From the NCBI GenBank assembly GCA_036172245.1, contig JAYWIR010000019.1, positions 372,001 through 436,000 on the forward strand: a DNA stretch of 64,000 nt, given 5' to 3'. Under the pieces are notes generated by a model. The model was not told where the DNA came from, made no database searches, and was given only the letters and a program-made list of their open reading frames with translations. Source of the stretch: Raillietiella orientalis (Eukaryota). The translations under genes were made by a program, and so were the position numbers. This document shows positions 13,150-25,700 of this stretch, piece after piece. Each line of letters opens with the position of its first letter. The stretch's first letter is position 1.

Positions 13150-14100
13150 CGGTCGTCTGGGAAGTTGAGGGACGTGGTCCAACGTCCCCCCAAGAGCCGG
13201 AGGGCAACGCATCTTAAAAGCAGGCGCAGCAAGGCCTCCCTTCCTTCGCCGCCCCTGTCACAGCCTGGAACCGCACTTGCCTTGGTCCAGCGGTGGAGAT
13301 TGTTGCAGCGGTCGCAACCCCGTGTCCTGCCACTTCAAGGGAGATGCAAGGACGTATCCAAGGACACCGCGAGGATGTCCGCTTTCTCCGACGGGATTGC
13401 GAGGGGAGTTCGGGGAGGGCGGCGAGGCTTGGAGCTTTAGTCAGCTGACGCAACGGTGCACCGAGGTACTTAAAGTCCCGTACTTGGTACATCCTTTAAG
13501 TGCAAAACGTCTTTGACGCTCCTTTGTCTGGCAGGTCCTTTCCCTCTCCTTGGCTATTCTGGCACCCCAGGAAAAGATTTCAGGAAAGGTTCAAATCCCT
13601 TCCCTCGGCCCACCGACCGGTAGCGCCGGTTGGGTGAGGTTCGGCTATCCCCAGCCCGACGTGAGATGGTACGGATTTATCCGTTCTTCTGGATCCAGCA
13701 AGAGCCTGTCAGACAAGGAGAAATGCTGACGCTGTGAACCTTTGCCTCGGCATTTCAGGTCAGAGTCTCGAAGACCCTCTGTGTTCATGCAGAGATGGGT
13801 TTGCAGTAGGTGGAGGAGAGAGAGACCGGGAAGAGAGTAGGGGCGGGAGGTGAACGGGGACAGGGAATGGGAGGAGGAGTATTGCCGGCTTCTTCCTTTG
13901 AGGCTAACTATTCTTTTTCCTGGGTTTTGCGTGGCTTGAGGGCTCTCCTGGGATGGCACCTTCCCTTGGCTTCGTAGCCCTTGCGACGGGTGCCTTCCAC
14001 GTCCCGATGGGCGAAAAGCCGTCCACCCCTTCGAAGCCTTGGCTCCTCGAGGGTGCGACCCACCGAAAGCAGGAGCTCGACTCTCTTCTCCCGAGTCGTG
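13150..14100 (-). mobile_element. Degenerate non-LTR reverse transcriptase remnant
   Basis: YQVRDFKYLGAPL at ~13455-13492 matches the FKYLG RT motif. Weaker motifs occur in the expected order on the minus strand (GVDGF ~14020, RPYSL ~13840, PPALGG ~13195), broken by stops and frameshifts. Confidence 0.45.
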
Positions 14101-14599
14101 GTCCGGACCACCACCTCCTGCTTCCTTCTCGGGTGGTTTCAACGTGGTACGCACCCCGCGGGAGTTTTCTCCCGCCCGCCAGGCGCTCAGCGGCTGTTCC
14201 CGCGACGTCATGGCGAGGGGTTCTTTCTGGTGCTGCCGATGTCCTCCGTGATCCCTCCGACAGTCTTTCCTTTCCGACGGAGGCGACCATGGAATCGATG
14301 GCTACGTGGAGCTCTGTCCCGATAGTGGCTCGATGCCGAAGAATACCAACATGCTCGCCGACCACCGGGAGCGCTTCCGGCTTCCCGGCGAAGACCGTCC
14401 AGGCGCGGTCGCAGTGGAGCCTCTGCCGTTTGCGTTGATTCGGGGTGGATCGCCGCTGCCTCCACCGCCGTCTCCAAGGTGGCTTCTAGGGTGGTCGACG
14501 CGTTGATAGCGTGGTCGACGCGTTGACCTCGAAGGACCTGGACCTCGAAGGTGGACACTTCTGAAGTCACTTCCGGTCTTCTTGGACGGGAGACGCCTT

Positions 14600-16500
14600 C
14601 TTTTGCGTGCCTCGACCGGAACTGCAGCTGGAGGAAGGTGGCGTCCGTTTGATCGGTGGTTCGGCAGCCTGTCGTTCAGGCCGTCCAGGTGTCCCTGGAA
14701 TGTCAGTCACTCCTTGTACCTGTCGCTCGTGGCTCCGAGAAGAACAGCGTTTGTACGCGATGCAGCCGCACGACCGAGCCTTCCGCACTTCGGGCATCTG
14801 CCGCTGGGGCGCGTTGCAGGTCCAGAGCGGCAGAAATCGCCCTGCTCCTCCTCGTAGGCGAATGGACTTGCCCAGGGGCACGCAAGTGGGGATGCTTTGC
14901 CCTTCCGCATGCGTAGCTTTGTAGGGACCCCGATACCGCGCGTCCGGATCGGCAAGGATGCAGCCGAGGTTGCGCAGGAGGACGACGCGGGCACTTCAAG
15001 GAGAAGCGTCATCACAACCCGCGATGAGGAATGTGATGTCGGCTGTGGGAAAATCCTCCCGCAGGTGTGAGCTCCTCTCCCAGGGAGCAGTAAGCTCCCG
15101 GGAAGGAAATGGAAGTCTGGACTGGGAAGATTTGATATGCTGCTCCACTCGCTAATAAATCCGCAAGTCACTGGACACCGGACGCGGAGAGAGGAAGTGT
15201 GCCAGGTGGGTGATGCCGGAAAGAGAGCTCTCGACAGTGATCCCCTCCTGCCGGAGGTGACTCCTCCGTGCTTCCTTCGATTGGCCGGCAGGCATCCTCC
15301 AAACAGCACGCAATGGCCCGAACGAGAACCCGAAACCGTCGTGTCACTGCGGCCGAGCTGGCAAGAAGACGAACACTCGCATGTCAGCATTTCCTCTCGA
15401 AGGGGGCCGTCCCCCGCGGCGAAACGCGCACCCGAGCCAATTTGAGGAGGGAAGCTCACGCCTGTGATGCGGACGCCGCCGGCTCGAGCATCAAAGGCGA
15501 GCTTTGTACCGAGGAGCCGTTGCCATGGGCACGGAACACCCAGCTCGCGTGCATTTCGGATCGCTAATCTGATCTCACGTGCGCCGGGGTCCGATTCTTC
15601 CGAAAAGAGCGAAGTGAAATGGGGTCCCAGGGTGTCCTTCAGGAAGATCTCGGTGCATTACTCGGGAAAGAAAGAACGTCCCAACAGCTCCCGGCACAGG
15701 TTAGCTTCGAAAACCCAAAGAGGTCACCATGCCTGAGGACGCGAAAAGGAACCTTAGCGGACTTTTCACAGAGAGTTGGAGGACGTTTACGACGACGTTC
15801 CTCGTTCCCGGGAGACAGGACTCCTCTGGTGGGGAGAACCGCTCGGTGCGATCTCCCAAGGAACTCGCGGTCCCTTCCTGCGACGCCTTCGCGTTCCCAC
15901 AGCGGTGCAAACGGGACGCTCTGCCGCTCCCGCACGGGGGAGATTCCGGTTTGAGGCACCTGGTTGACGGGGAAGACGCATCACCAAACTGCTCCAGACG
16001 ATGGGCGACGGGATCGTTCCCGCACATCCTGCCGAACTGCATTGCCCTCCGGGCATTTGGCAGACACTCGCTTCGGCGGTCCGCCACCCGGAGGACACGG
16101 CCAATGACCTGCTGCGGCGCTTCTCCACTCAAGGAGGGACCGACGGCAGGCACCGTGATGGCAGTGAGACGCCGCATCCGCTCCCTCGCCACCGTCCACC
16201 CCGTGATGGGGCCCCGTTCGCAGAGAAGGGATATCACCGGCACGGCAGTCTCGTTGATGAGGACGGCTGCGAGATGACCTCACCTGCAAGAAGAAGAAGA
16301 AGAACAAGTCGCCAGGGAGACCGCCAGCATCCAGAGCCGCCTGTAGGAAGAAGGGAGAGGCTAATCCAAAGACCCTCATCCCTCCCTCCCTTTCCTGACT
16401 CTCTTGTAGTCCGGCCCCCGAGAGCTGGTGGTCATCTCCGGCGAACTTCCCCTTTGCAACTGACCTGTAACTTTCCGAGAAACGTCCCGGCGTGACCGGG
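14600..16500 (+). mobile_element. Degenerate, frameshifted non-LTR retrotransposon of the same family (5' limit uncertain)
   Basis: 15950-16140 reads across frameshifts as HLVDGEDASPNCSR..PHILPNCIAL..WQTLASAVRHPEDTANDLLRRFSTQGG, which aligns by eye with the 55-kb copy (LWRRLASALLHQGDTARDLMRRFFTPGG). The 3' end aaacgtcccggcgtgaccggg at ~16478-16500 resembles that copy's terminus. A weak RT-like remnant (LPRGTQVG) lies near 14870. Confidence 0.6.
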
Positions 16501-17289
16501 AACGAGTCGCATATCTTATCCATACATTTCCGATTGTATTCCTGCTAGGAAACGGTCCAGACAAGAGGATAAAAGGATTTCTCATCTTCCCATCCTGGCT
16601 TCTCCCTTCAGCGCGACCTCTTCACGAGCGCGACGATTCCTGCGGCTGGGTTTCGACCCATTCGATGCTTCCGCCGGCGTGGGCGGCTCCGATTTTCCCT
16701 CTGCACAAGGTGATGGAAACGGCCCTAGGGGAGCTCCCCAAGGCAGGAAGGAAGTCCAGGTGTCGAGAGGGGGATCCCGTGCACGACGTCAAAAAGCTGT
16801 CCGGAGGCCATGGCCGTCGTTTTCTGCTGCCCACGGACAGTCGCAGCAACCGCCTTGAGCACCTGCGGGAAGCAATAGGTCTTCCTTCCGTTGCCACGGA
16901 AGAAGCGTGAACAGCAGGGGCTGCAACCAATGGCAACCATCATCTCGTCGATCGATCGAGCAGCTCCGAGGGATTTTGTTTCCATCTCTACGTTGGCTGA
17001 ATGCATCGCCGAATGTTTTCTGGCAGGCTGCTGATGGTCGCCTAGCGATGCCCTCGCTCCAGAGTTCCTTCGGTGACATCTCGTCGCGAGGTTACAATTG
17101 AGGGATTCGCGGGCGACTCGTCCGGCGGCTACGGTATGATCGGGCAGGCGCGTCGCTGGATGCCTCCAGGGACCGTCTCTCCTATGGGTGGGTTGGGTCG
17201 CTTCCACGGGATGTTTCATCCCTCTGGAATATCCTCGTTGACACGGTTCTACGCGCCGACAGATGCTCACCGCGATAACTCTTTCAGAT

Positions 17290-17440
17290 AGGGAGTCACT
17301 GCAAATCCAGGAAGCCTCCAGAGGAAGGAGTCCATTCCTCTTTCTCTTGGGAGAGAGAACCTGGAAGGGAACCCTTTACCCTGGTTGTCTCTCAGGAGGG
17401 AACCCTGAAGGGAACCTCTCCTTTGTTTCCTTTTCTGAAG
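17290..17440 (-). repeat. Partial (3') copy of the SINE-like family
   Basis: The reverse complement gagacaaccagggtaaagggttcccttccaggttctctctcccaagagaaagaggaatggactc matches 60638-60700 (gagacgaccgggacaagggttcccttcaaggttctctttcaagagtaagagaacggactc). Confidence 0.6.
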
Positions 17441-19669
17441 AGAACGACGAAGATGAGGGATGATGGAGGAGGAGGAGCAGGAGGAGGAGAGTGAAGTAAG
17501 GATCAGACTCCTCTGTGGGTCTGAAGAGGCCACTGGGAAGAGACCACTAGCCAAGAAAGAACGACCCGATGATGTTGATCACGAGGGACGGCAAGCTGCT
17601 TCAGAGTCTGGGGGTAGTCCATCTAGAAAGCTCGCCAAGATCAGGTCTCAGGGGCAGAAGACAGCCATCCTCGTCTTAACAGACGGTCAGAGGGAGGGTG
17701 AGACGAATCGCCCTTCCCCTCAGGCTAGACTGGCGCCGCTCAGGTGGACGACGCGTACAGCGAGACCTCGAGTTTCAAAACACCAACGGGGGTCATCCCT
17801 TCGACAATGGTCACCAGCGCCTTCCCCTCCCCCTCCCGGGGTTCCAGAACACACGACGGACCACCAGCGTCCGGCGTGGATCGCGGAAGGCGACAGAAGG
17901 GAAAGGGACCACCCCCTGCGGAATGCCTCTGTAGGAAACCGCTCTGGGTCGAACTGACTTCATGAAGAGCGGGGGCGTAGCTGCCACCTACCTTCGCGGC
18001 CCCAAGGGATGATTCCGCCTGCCACTGAGCGTTCCAGGTTCTTTCGCGGAGGAGTCGCTCTGCTTTGCCCTCCCCGAATCGCAATGGGGCACGAACGACC
18101 GGTGTATCAGCAGGCCTCCTCAGGTTCGAGAGTGATGGGTGCACGAAGGCCGCAGCATCCCTAACAGGAGTTTCCAGGGTCGGGAGGATGATGGGGCACA
18201 CGCACAAAGCCTTCGCGGCGTCAAAATAAAGAGGGTGAGGAAGAGAACTTGGCAACTCTATCATCTCTCAAGGAGAGAGAAAGAGAGGGGAGGAAGGGAG
18301 AAGAAAGGGAGGAGGAGGAAGAGAGGAAGGGAGGGAAGAGCAGGAGTAAGCACCTTCCGAAGAAAAGTCGCTCTGATGTGAGCAGGCGCCCCTGATTCAA
18401 TGGGCAGTGTGCCCACATCCGTTGTGTGGCGGACCTGCAACCACTGCTACCCCAACCCTTGTGTGGCTGGTGGCCCGCGTGCGTCCGCCGAGCGCAGTGC
18501 GACTGCTGCCGGACGCGCGCCGGCGCAGTTTCCACTGCGCGGCTCGCCAACGCCGGCGGCGGTGGCTGAACCTCGGGCGCAGGTCGCCGCATTGCCGGGG
18601 AGGAGTGCGGGAAACGCGGAGGCTGCGCGCGGGATCCCTTCTCGCCGCTCCCCCCCTTCGCTGCTTGGAGTCCCGACGGTGCGTTCCGGGGATGAGGGCA
18701 AGCAGGGGAACGGCGCCCCTGTCTTCCTTTTGCAGGTGAGACGCGTCCCTTCTTCGTCTCCTCCCGTCTTCCCTATCGCTTCAGGCCCCCACGGCTCCCT
18801 TAGGGAGGAGAGGGAGGCGAGCAAGGCAGTCGGAGCGTCCTCGCCTGAGAAGGGGGACGAAGGGACTCCTCCCTCCCTCCCTCCCTCCCTGGACCTGCTG
18901 GTCTTGCGAATGTTGAGATCGAAAGGGAAGCCGTCGCTCCCGAGCGAGCCGGAAGAACCGCCCCACTTTTTTCCCCCGTTTTCTCCACCTTCCCTTCTCT
19001 CCCCCTTCCCGGGCTCCCTCCCGATCGCGCGCATCCCTCGTCCCTTTCTTTCGCGCGCGCCCCGAGGGGAACCTCTCTGGCGCCGGACGCGGCTGCTGCG
19101 AGGGCGGCAGCCAGCCAGCCGCCGCGGGGAATTCCGCGCAGCACCTCCGGGAGAGCGCCAGACTCGCGCGCCCCCCTCTGCGGAGATTGTTGGGGGGAGG
19201 GCGAGGCGGAACGAACGGGGCCGCCCCCGAACCCTTCTCCCCGAGAGGGATATCCCCGCTCTCTCCTCCCCCTCCGCCTCTCCCGCTTCCGGGCGCTCCA
19301 GGTGTTCCCGCCGCCGCGGTCCGACTCGCGGCAGCTGTCGCAGCCGTTGCCGGCGGAGGGGACGCTGGGGGACCGCAGGCGGCATCGTTCCCCCCCCCTC
19401 CTCCTCCTCTGCGCCCCGCGCGCGCGCGCCGTTCGGCGCGGCTGCTCAAGCGTGCGCGCGTGCCCGAGAGCGCCCGCGGCGGCAGCGGCGGCAGATCGCC
19501 GGGAGACCTCTGTGACCACGGAAGAGGGTCGCACGCGAGCGCGCGTACGTCGCAGGCGACGGAGAGGTGACTCCAGGCGGACGAGAGCCCCTTTCTGCAG
19601 AGTGAGGAAGAAGAGGAGCTGCGGGGGTGGGGAAGGAACCCCCTAAGGACTTCGCCCTAAAGCAAGGTA

Positions 19670-19915
19670 GGAGAAAGCGGGTAAGGAAGGGATGAAGAAG
19701 GAGAGAAGAAGAAGGGGGGAGGTGGAGGAGCAGGAAGAAAGGGAGGAAGGGGGAAAAGGAGGAAAAGGAAGAGAAGGAAAGAAGGGAAAGGAGAAAGGGA
19801 GGAAAGGAGGAGGAAAAGAGTGGAAAAGTAGATAGGGAGGAAAGGAGGAGGAAAAGGAAAGCAGGGAAAGAGGAGGAGGAGGAGGAAGGGAAGAGTAAGG
19901 GGGAAGGGAGGGAGA
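19670..19915. repeat. Polypurine (GA-rich) low-complexity tract
   Basis: About 245 nt almost entirely G and A on the + strand. Confidence 0.85.
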
Positions 19916-20129
19916 CCAATCGTTCCTCTCCTACTCACCCTTCATCCTCCCCGGCGAGAGTAGGGAGACATAGGGGGTGCGAGGAGAGGATGCGTCCTTT
20001 CTTCCCTTCCGAACGCGCGTCCGGAAAGCAGGGGGAATCCGGTCGGCGGCGGAGCATGACGGTTGCCTGGAAATGGTCTCCTGGGAGCGATCAGGAGTTG
20101 GGACCCGGGAAGAAGGCGGCGACTCCACC

Positions 20130-20500
20130 AGGAGGTGAGCGTCCATCCTCACTTGTGGCCCACGGCGAACACGTCCGGGAAGCGGCCCAGCGTGCCTGAA
20201 CCATTCGATGACGAAGGTGGAGCTTTCCTGGGAACCTGCCGACTTACCCACCCGGCCCGGTTTCCGAAAGCAGGAGGCTGGTGCGAGTGAGAATAACAGC
20301 TGCCTCCATGCATCCTGGTTCCCTGCTCGATCCCCTCCATCCATCCCGCTTTTCCCATTCGGCCTGCCATTTTTCTCTTCGCAGCAAGAAGCGCCTGGAA
20401 CTCAAGATGAGAAGCCCCCTCATTGTGCGCCCCGTCCCAGTCACCCACCATCACCCTCTTTTTTCTCCTGCTCCCCATTGTCGTCGGCTCGCCCCTTGGA
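20130..20500 (-). mobile_element. Possible degenerate APE endonuclease remnant of a non-LTR element
   Basis: VMVGDWDG..FQALL then QDAWRQL in the order expected for the GDFN and D.WR motifs. Frameshifted. Confidence 0.3.
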
Positions 20501-21182
20501 AAATTCCCAAGATTGTGAGCGTTCCTGTCGAAGGCCACGGGCAAATTCCTGTATTCGTCGACCCCGTGGGGACAGTGGACAGTTCCATCCCTTCAGTCAG
20601 AGCCAGACGGAAGAAGAGAGAGGAGATCGTCTCACCATCTCCTTCCGTCTCCCGCCAGAACTCTCTGAGATGCCATCGGAGTTCGTTTCCATGGCGACGT
20701 CGGGAGCTTCTGAAACGCCCGCCGAGAGTGTACTCTCCCTACCCTCATTATCATGCCCTTCCTCCCAATTCTCCCCTCAATCCCGACGCGACTGGTGACC
20801 TGAAAGCATCACGCACTCTCACCCCGCTTCCCGTCCCCATCATTTTGTGATCGCGACCGCTCCAGAGGCACCCGTTGCCGGAGCCGATGACCCATTCCTA
20901 AAGGGGAAGAGAGCGCAGGAGGTAGCAGCAGTGGGGGGAGGAAGGCGCAACAGGGAACGAGCAAAGACAAAAGAAGGGCTGGGGGGGGGGGGGAACTGGG
21001 AATCCCGATCCTGCCTGCTCCGAGCCCGCTCAAGTGTGACTCCAGGATCCGATCGCCCGTGCGCGGATTACCCAGGTTACAGCTGGTTCCAGGATCGAGT
21101 AAGGAGGGCCATTCGTCACGAGAAGCGGAATGGGAAGAGCAAGGATGGAGGATGGAAGGGGAGCTGCAGATTTCCGGAAACC

Positions 21183-22797
21183 ACGGCAGCTTGGACGCAG
21201 CAGCGGCTACCAGCTGCGTTTTCGCACCGCGACCGCAGCCACGGCGACGGTTGCTGGTTCGCAGCTGTTTTCATCCATCCCTCGGGTAATTTTTCGATGA
21301 AACGGCAAAGAACGAAAGAAAGAAAAAATCGCCTTCCGCGAGGCTTCCGGTGCAAGCCCGTCCCTCCGGTGCCCTTCGCGATGACCCGTCAGCGGCGCAC
21401 CTGAGCCAGCGAGAAGGGCCGAAAAGCGAGGGACGCATGCGACAGAAATTTCACTCCCGACCGGGAGACGGAAGATATGGAGGAGGAACGGAAGCAATCG
21501 CGTCGTCTTCCCTCCCTCCCTGTTTGCTGGGGAAAGGAAAAGCTGCAGAAAATTTCCTGTGGCGCTGCTCTCGTTCCAGGCCTCTGACTCAGGAATCCCC
21601 TGAGGTAGGGGAGAAAAAAAAGAGTGCCGTCCCGGAAAATGAGAGCGTTTTCTTTTCCCTTCTCTTCCTGTTTTTCTCCTTCTTCCTCCTTTCCCCCTCC
21701 CCGTCCCCACCATGACCCGAATCCTTGCGATGCCTGCCCTCGGGGAACAAGAGTCCGCGCGTTTCCTATAGATCCTCGCACGACGGCGCGTGCGTAGCGA
21801 AACTTTCTCTTTCCCTTGTCCCTGCACCGCCCACGCATACGCAAACACCCGCCCGCCATCTGATCGAACTGGAGCGCGGTTTCCCTTTCGTTGGCGACCC
21901 ACGCCCTCGCACGCGCACGTGCGCGCGCACAGGCACGGCAGCGCGGGCACGAGCCACGCCCTCGCGTCGCACAAACGGCTCGGATCCAGGGATTCGCGCG
22001 CACGAACCCCTTGATCCTCTCTCTCCTAGGGACCAGCTGCACGCCCTGACGATGACAGGGAACAGGAACACGAGCGCGCACGACGTCGGGAAGTTGTCTC
22101 TGGCTGGAGGTGCGGATCGTCGGTAGGAGAGCGAGGGAGGGGGAAGGGGAATCGCGGAGCGCACGTTGCGGGGGAACAGGGAGAAGGGAGGGGGAGCACA
22201 AGCTTCGGATCCGCTGCCGGAAGCTGCGCGCACGGCCGGGCGCACGCGCGATCGCTCGAAGGCGCGTCCGGGGTGCGCTTGTCATCGCTGCGTGACGTTC
22301 CGCGCCCGCCCCGACGCCGTTGCGGCGCGCGCGCGTGCGGCGGCACCCGGATTTGCGTCTCATCCCGGGCACGAGAAGGGAAAAGCCGATCCATCGATAC
22401 TCCCCCACCTGTCCCGCTTTCTTAGAACGCCGTTGATGATGAGTGCTCGTAAGGTCGCGCGACGTCCACTGGGTCCACCTGCTTTCTGGATTGGTCTGGA
22501 TTGCAGCTACACAACTCCCAGTCGTTTCGGGGTGGCTTCTTGATTTGGGTCACCGAATCGTCGTGGGCGGACTGAGATGAAGGGGTGTGTGGTGCACCGC
22601 TACTGCCCATCGCGAAGGCTCGGACCAGAAACCTTGCTTAAGGCGATTTTCTTTCTTTCCCTCTTTTCCGTTTCACCGGAAAATAACCCGAGAACGGATG
22701 AAAACCGTTGCGAACAGCAACCGTCGCCGTGGCTGCGGTTGCGGTGCGAAAACGCAGCTGGCGACCGTTGCTGCGGAGACGGCGATTGTTGCCGTCC
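21183..22797. repeat. Pair of ~210 bp imperfect inverted repeats (21183-21401 and 22591-22797)
   Basis: cagctgcgttttcgcaccgcgaccgcagccacggcgacggttgctg in the left arm is the near-exact reverse complement of cagcaaccgtcgccgtggctgcggttgcggtgcgaaaacgcagctg in the right arm. Similarity extends on both sides. Confidence 0.85.
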
Positions 22798-25700
22798 ACC
22801 GCTCATTACGGGTTTCTTGAGACCTTCCACTTCTGCTCTCCTCCGAAAAAAAAAAAAAAAGGCAAAGACCGGACTGGGGGCGACCTCTCTCTGGACACAG
22901 AAAGGGTTGGTGGCCTTGACGACCTTTTCGCGAAGAGGGAGGGAAAGTTTTTCACCGTGATCGGTTGGGCGCTCTTTCGGATCCCTTTCTGTGTTCCTTC
23001 TTTTCTGTGACTCGATCCACGAGTCCGGAGGAGAGGGAGAGCTGGCTGATGCCTCACGCCTCGCTTCCGAGCAACGTGTGCTCTAAAAACCTCCTGTGAC
23101 CGCCGCCGCCTCTGATGCTCTCAGGGAGCCTCCGAAAAGCTGTTCATTCCCTCGAGCAAAAGTAGACGCGCACACCGGAGCGAGTGCCAGCTGAGGATGG
23201 AGGCGAAGCGGAAGTTTGCCTCAGTCAGTTGCAGCAGGCGGTAGCAATTGAGAAGAAGGAAAAGGTCGAGGGAATCCACCTGTTCCTCTTCCGTTTCGTC
23301 CTGGGAGCCGGAAGATGCTCGGGATGGTTTGAATGACCACGCACTCGCAACTCTGCTGCCGCCGAACCGAAGGGAACCCACAAGACGGACGTCCCTTCCA
23401 GTCATTCATTTCCACTCCACTGTTCCTATGAAGATTGCCTTCGCGCGCGATCCAGGATAGGTCCAGCGCAGGGGTGCTGGTCGCAGCTGCAGGTGGTCGC
23501 GATTCCCGCAGAGAACGCGTTCTCGCGTGCCCACCTCCATGTCCCTTATGAAAAGAACTCACCGTTTGCAAACTCTTGACCACACGTGCGTCGCGAAGCC
23601 CCGGGAGGCGAAACCGGCGGTTCGTGGCCGAGCGAGACTTGCCCGTTCTGCGGGGCGACTTGCAGCGGAAGTTCGCTCCCAGTACCTCACTCCACGGGAC
23701 TTCTGCGGGGCAGAGTGAGGGTCATCGAGGACCCGTGCTCTCGGTGGTCGGGATCCCAAACTGCGGCCTGCTTCGGAGTTTGGCCGCAGGGAAGGGGAAC
23801 TCACCAAGAGGATCGCTCTGGAGAGCGGGCATGAGGAAGCATGTCCGACCTCCCCATCCTCAAAGAGGCACCTCCCTGAGAACTTTTTCCCTCGCCCTCC
23901 CAATGTTCCGATGAGTGCGGACTGTCTTGGACTCGAGGAGCAACCTTTGGAGCCACCCGGACACGCCGAGAGCAAGGAGCCTCCACGAGAAAGATTCGTC
24001 CCAGCTGAACGTTCCCAGGGGAACTGATGCAGTGTCCAGCTGGCCTAGCCCTCTTTCCCTTTAGAACGTTGAGTCATTAAGCTGTAAAAGCAGGAGGTTA
24101 CGTGGGGGAAGGAGGGGAGTGCCAGGCGTGCGAAGCGCCAGAGAGGCCACTCCCCTGGGACTACTGGATGCCCCAGAAGTGACCCTGAACCCCGTCCTGA
24201 TGGGTTCCCACAATGCCCTGAAGCGACGGAGTTCCCAAAGCGAAGCATGCGGTCAATCGCTCAGAGCCTCTCCTCCTCCTCCTCCTCCTCCTTGTTTCGC
24301 CTCCTCTTTCTCTTCCTTGTCTCTTCTCCTCCTCCTCCTACTCCTTTCGTCCCTGTTTTCCCTTCCCCCTTCTCATCACCTTTTTCCTCCTCCTTCTCCT
24401 CCAGACCATCGCAAGCCCCAAGTGTTCCACACAGATATGGAGCGTCCGTTGTGGGTTTCGCTGTCCCCTTACGTCCGGTTCCAGAGGACCTACAAGGAGA
24501 GCGGCGCCAGAATCCCAGACTTGGAGGGGGAGGGGGAAGCGACGGAAACAGGGTGGAAGCTGAGGCGGCCGATCCGCTAGGGCGTCTCCGCGGACACCTC
24601 TAGCGAGACCCCCATCCCACCTCCCTCCCACGCGTCCGCGAGGAGCGATGGAGCGCCCCGGCGGAGCGTGAGATGGGAACGAGGCGCAGGTGGGAGAACG
24701 CGAGCAGGGGTGTTCCCAAGGCCCGAGAAAGACGGATGGCGGGAGGCGAGGCCGGGCTCCTTGGCAACCGCATTCCCGCGCGAACTGTTGCGTCGGCGCA
24801 GCCCGCAATTTTCCCACGGTCGCCGCTCACCGAAGCTCTCGTTAGCGTCTCCGTGGGAATGACCATCCTCCTCCCGAGGTCCGGTCCTCCCGTGGCAGGC
24901 ACTGGAAGCTCCCTGAGAGGGGGCAGGATGCGACCCTCCCCTTCCGCTCGCGGGCGAGGGTCCGGGGTGATTTGCTGCTCTCGATCGCCCGCGGGTGTGA
25001 TCTGCTCCGAGGTCGGAGGTTGGGGGGCGGACGGACGGAGGGCGTCTCTGGGAAGGAAAAGCGCGAGCTATGGCCCCGCTCAGGAGAAAGCGAGCGCGGG
25101 GGCTGAGAGAACCGGCCGAGGCCCTGAGGGATCCTCGCGACCCCGGACCGTGCTGCGGCGACCGGTGCCGGCGGCGTCTTCCTTGTTCTGACCACCGCCG
25201 CACTCCTCCCAATGGGTTCCTCCGAACATCCGAAAGGACGCGCCGACCCCCTCTCCACTTGAGCACGCAGTTCGTCCCTTCTCCGCTGCCACCGTTGGGC
25301 GCTGCTGCTCTTGCGCAGAAGTGCGACCGAGGTCGAACCCGGAGAGGGGCCCCGAGCCGGGAGAAGGCGGAAGCGACGCCCTCGCGGGCGGAGCGTCCGC
25401 AGCGCTTCGTACCGGCCGCACTCCGAGGGAGGCGCTACGAACGGAATCGCCGCCGGAGACCTTCGCGCCTGCGGCGCGTGCGCAGAAGCGAAGGACACGC
25501 GCACCTCTTGAAGAGGGGACGGAAGCCTCCTGACCTCTCTCTGCCCCCGACCTGGACGGAACGCGGCTCCAAGAAACACAACAGTCCTTTTCCGCCGATG
25601 CCTCGCGAACGTGCGGCGCGCGCCCGTCCGAAAACGGGCGAAACGTCTCTGGAGCCTCCCGTCCGCCTCGAACCGGAAGCTCCCTAAGCTCTCCCGCCAT

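Noticed and set aside
18400..19646. Long overlapping ORFs (up to 371 aa) on both strands
   Set aside because: Very GC-rich low-complexity DNA that is open in most frames. The products are Arg/Pro/Gly/Ala-rich with no domain, so this is more likely regulatory or non-coding sequence.
21389..22408. 339-aa ORF inside the inverted repeats as a transposase
   Set aside because: Arg/Ala-rich with no DDE or DNA-binding motifs; a GC-content artefact.
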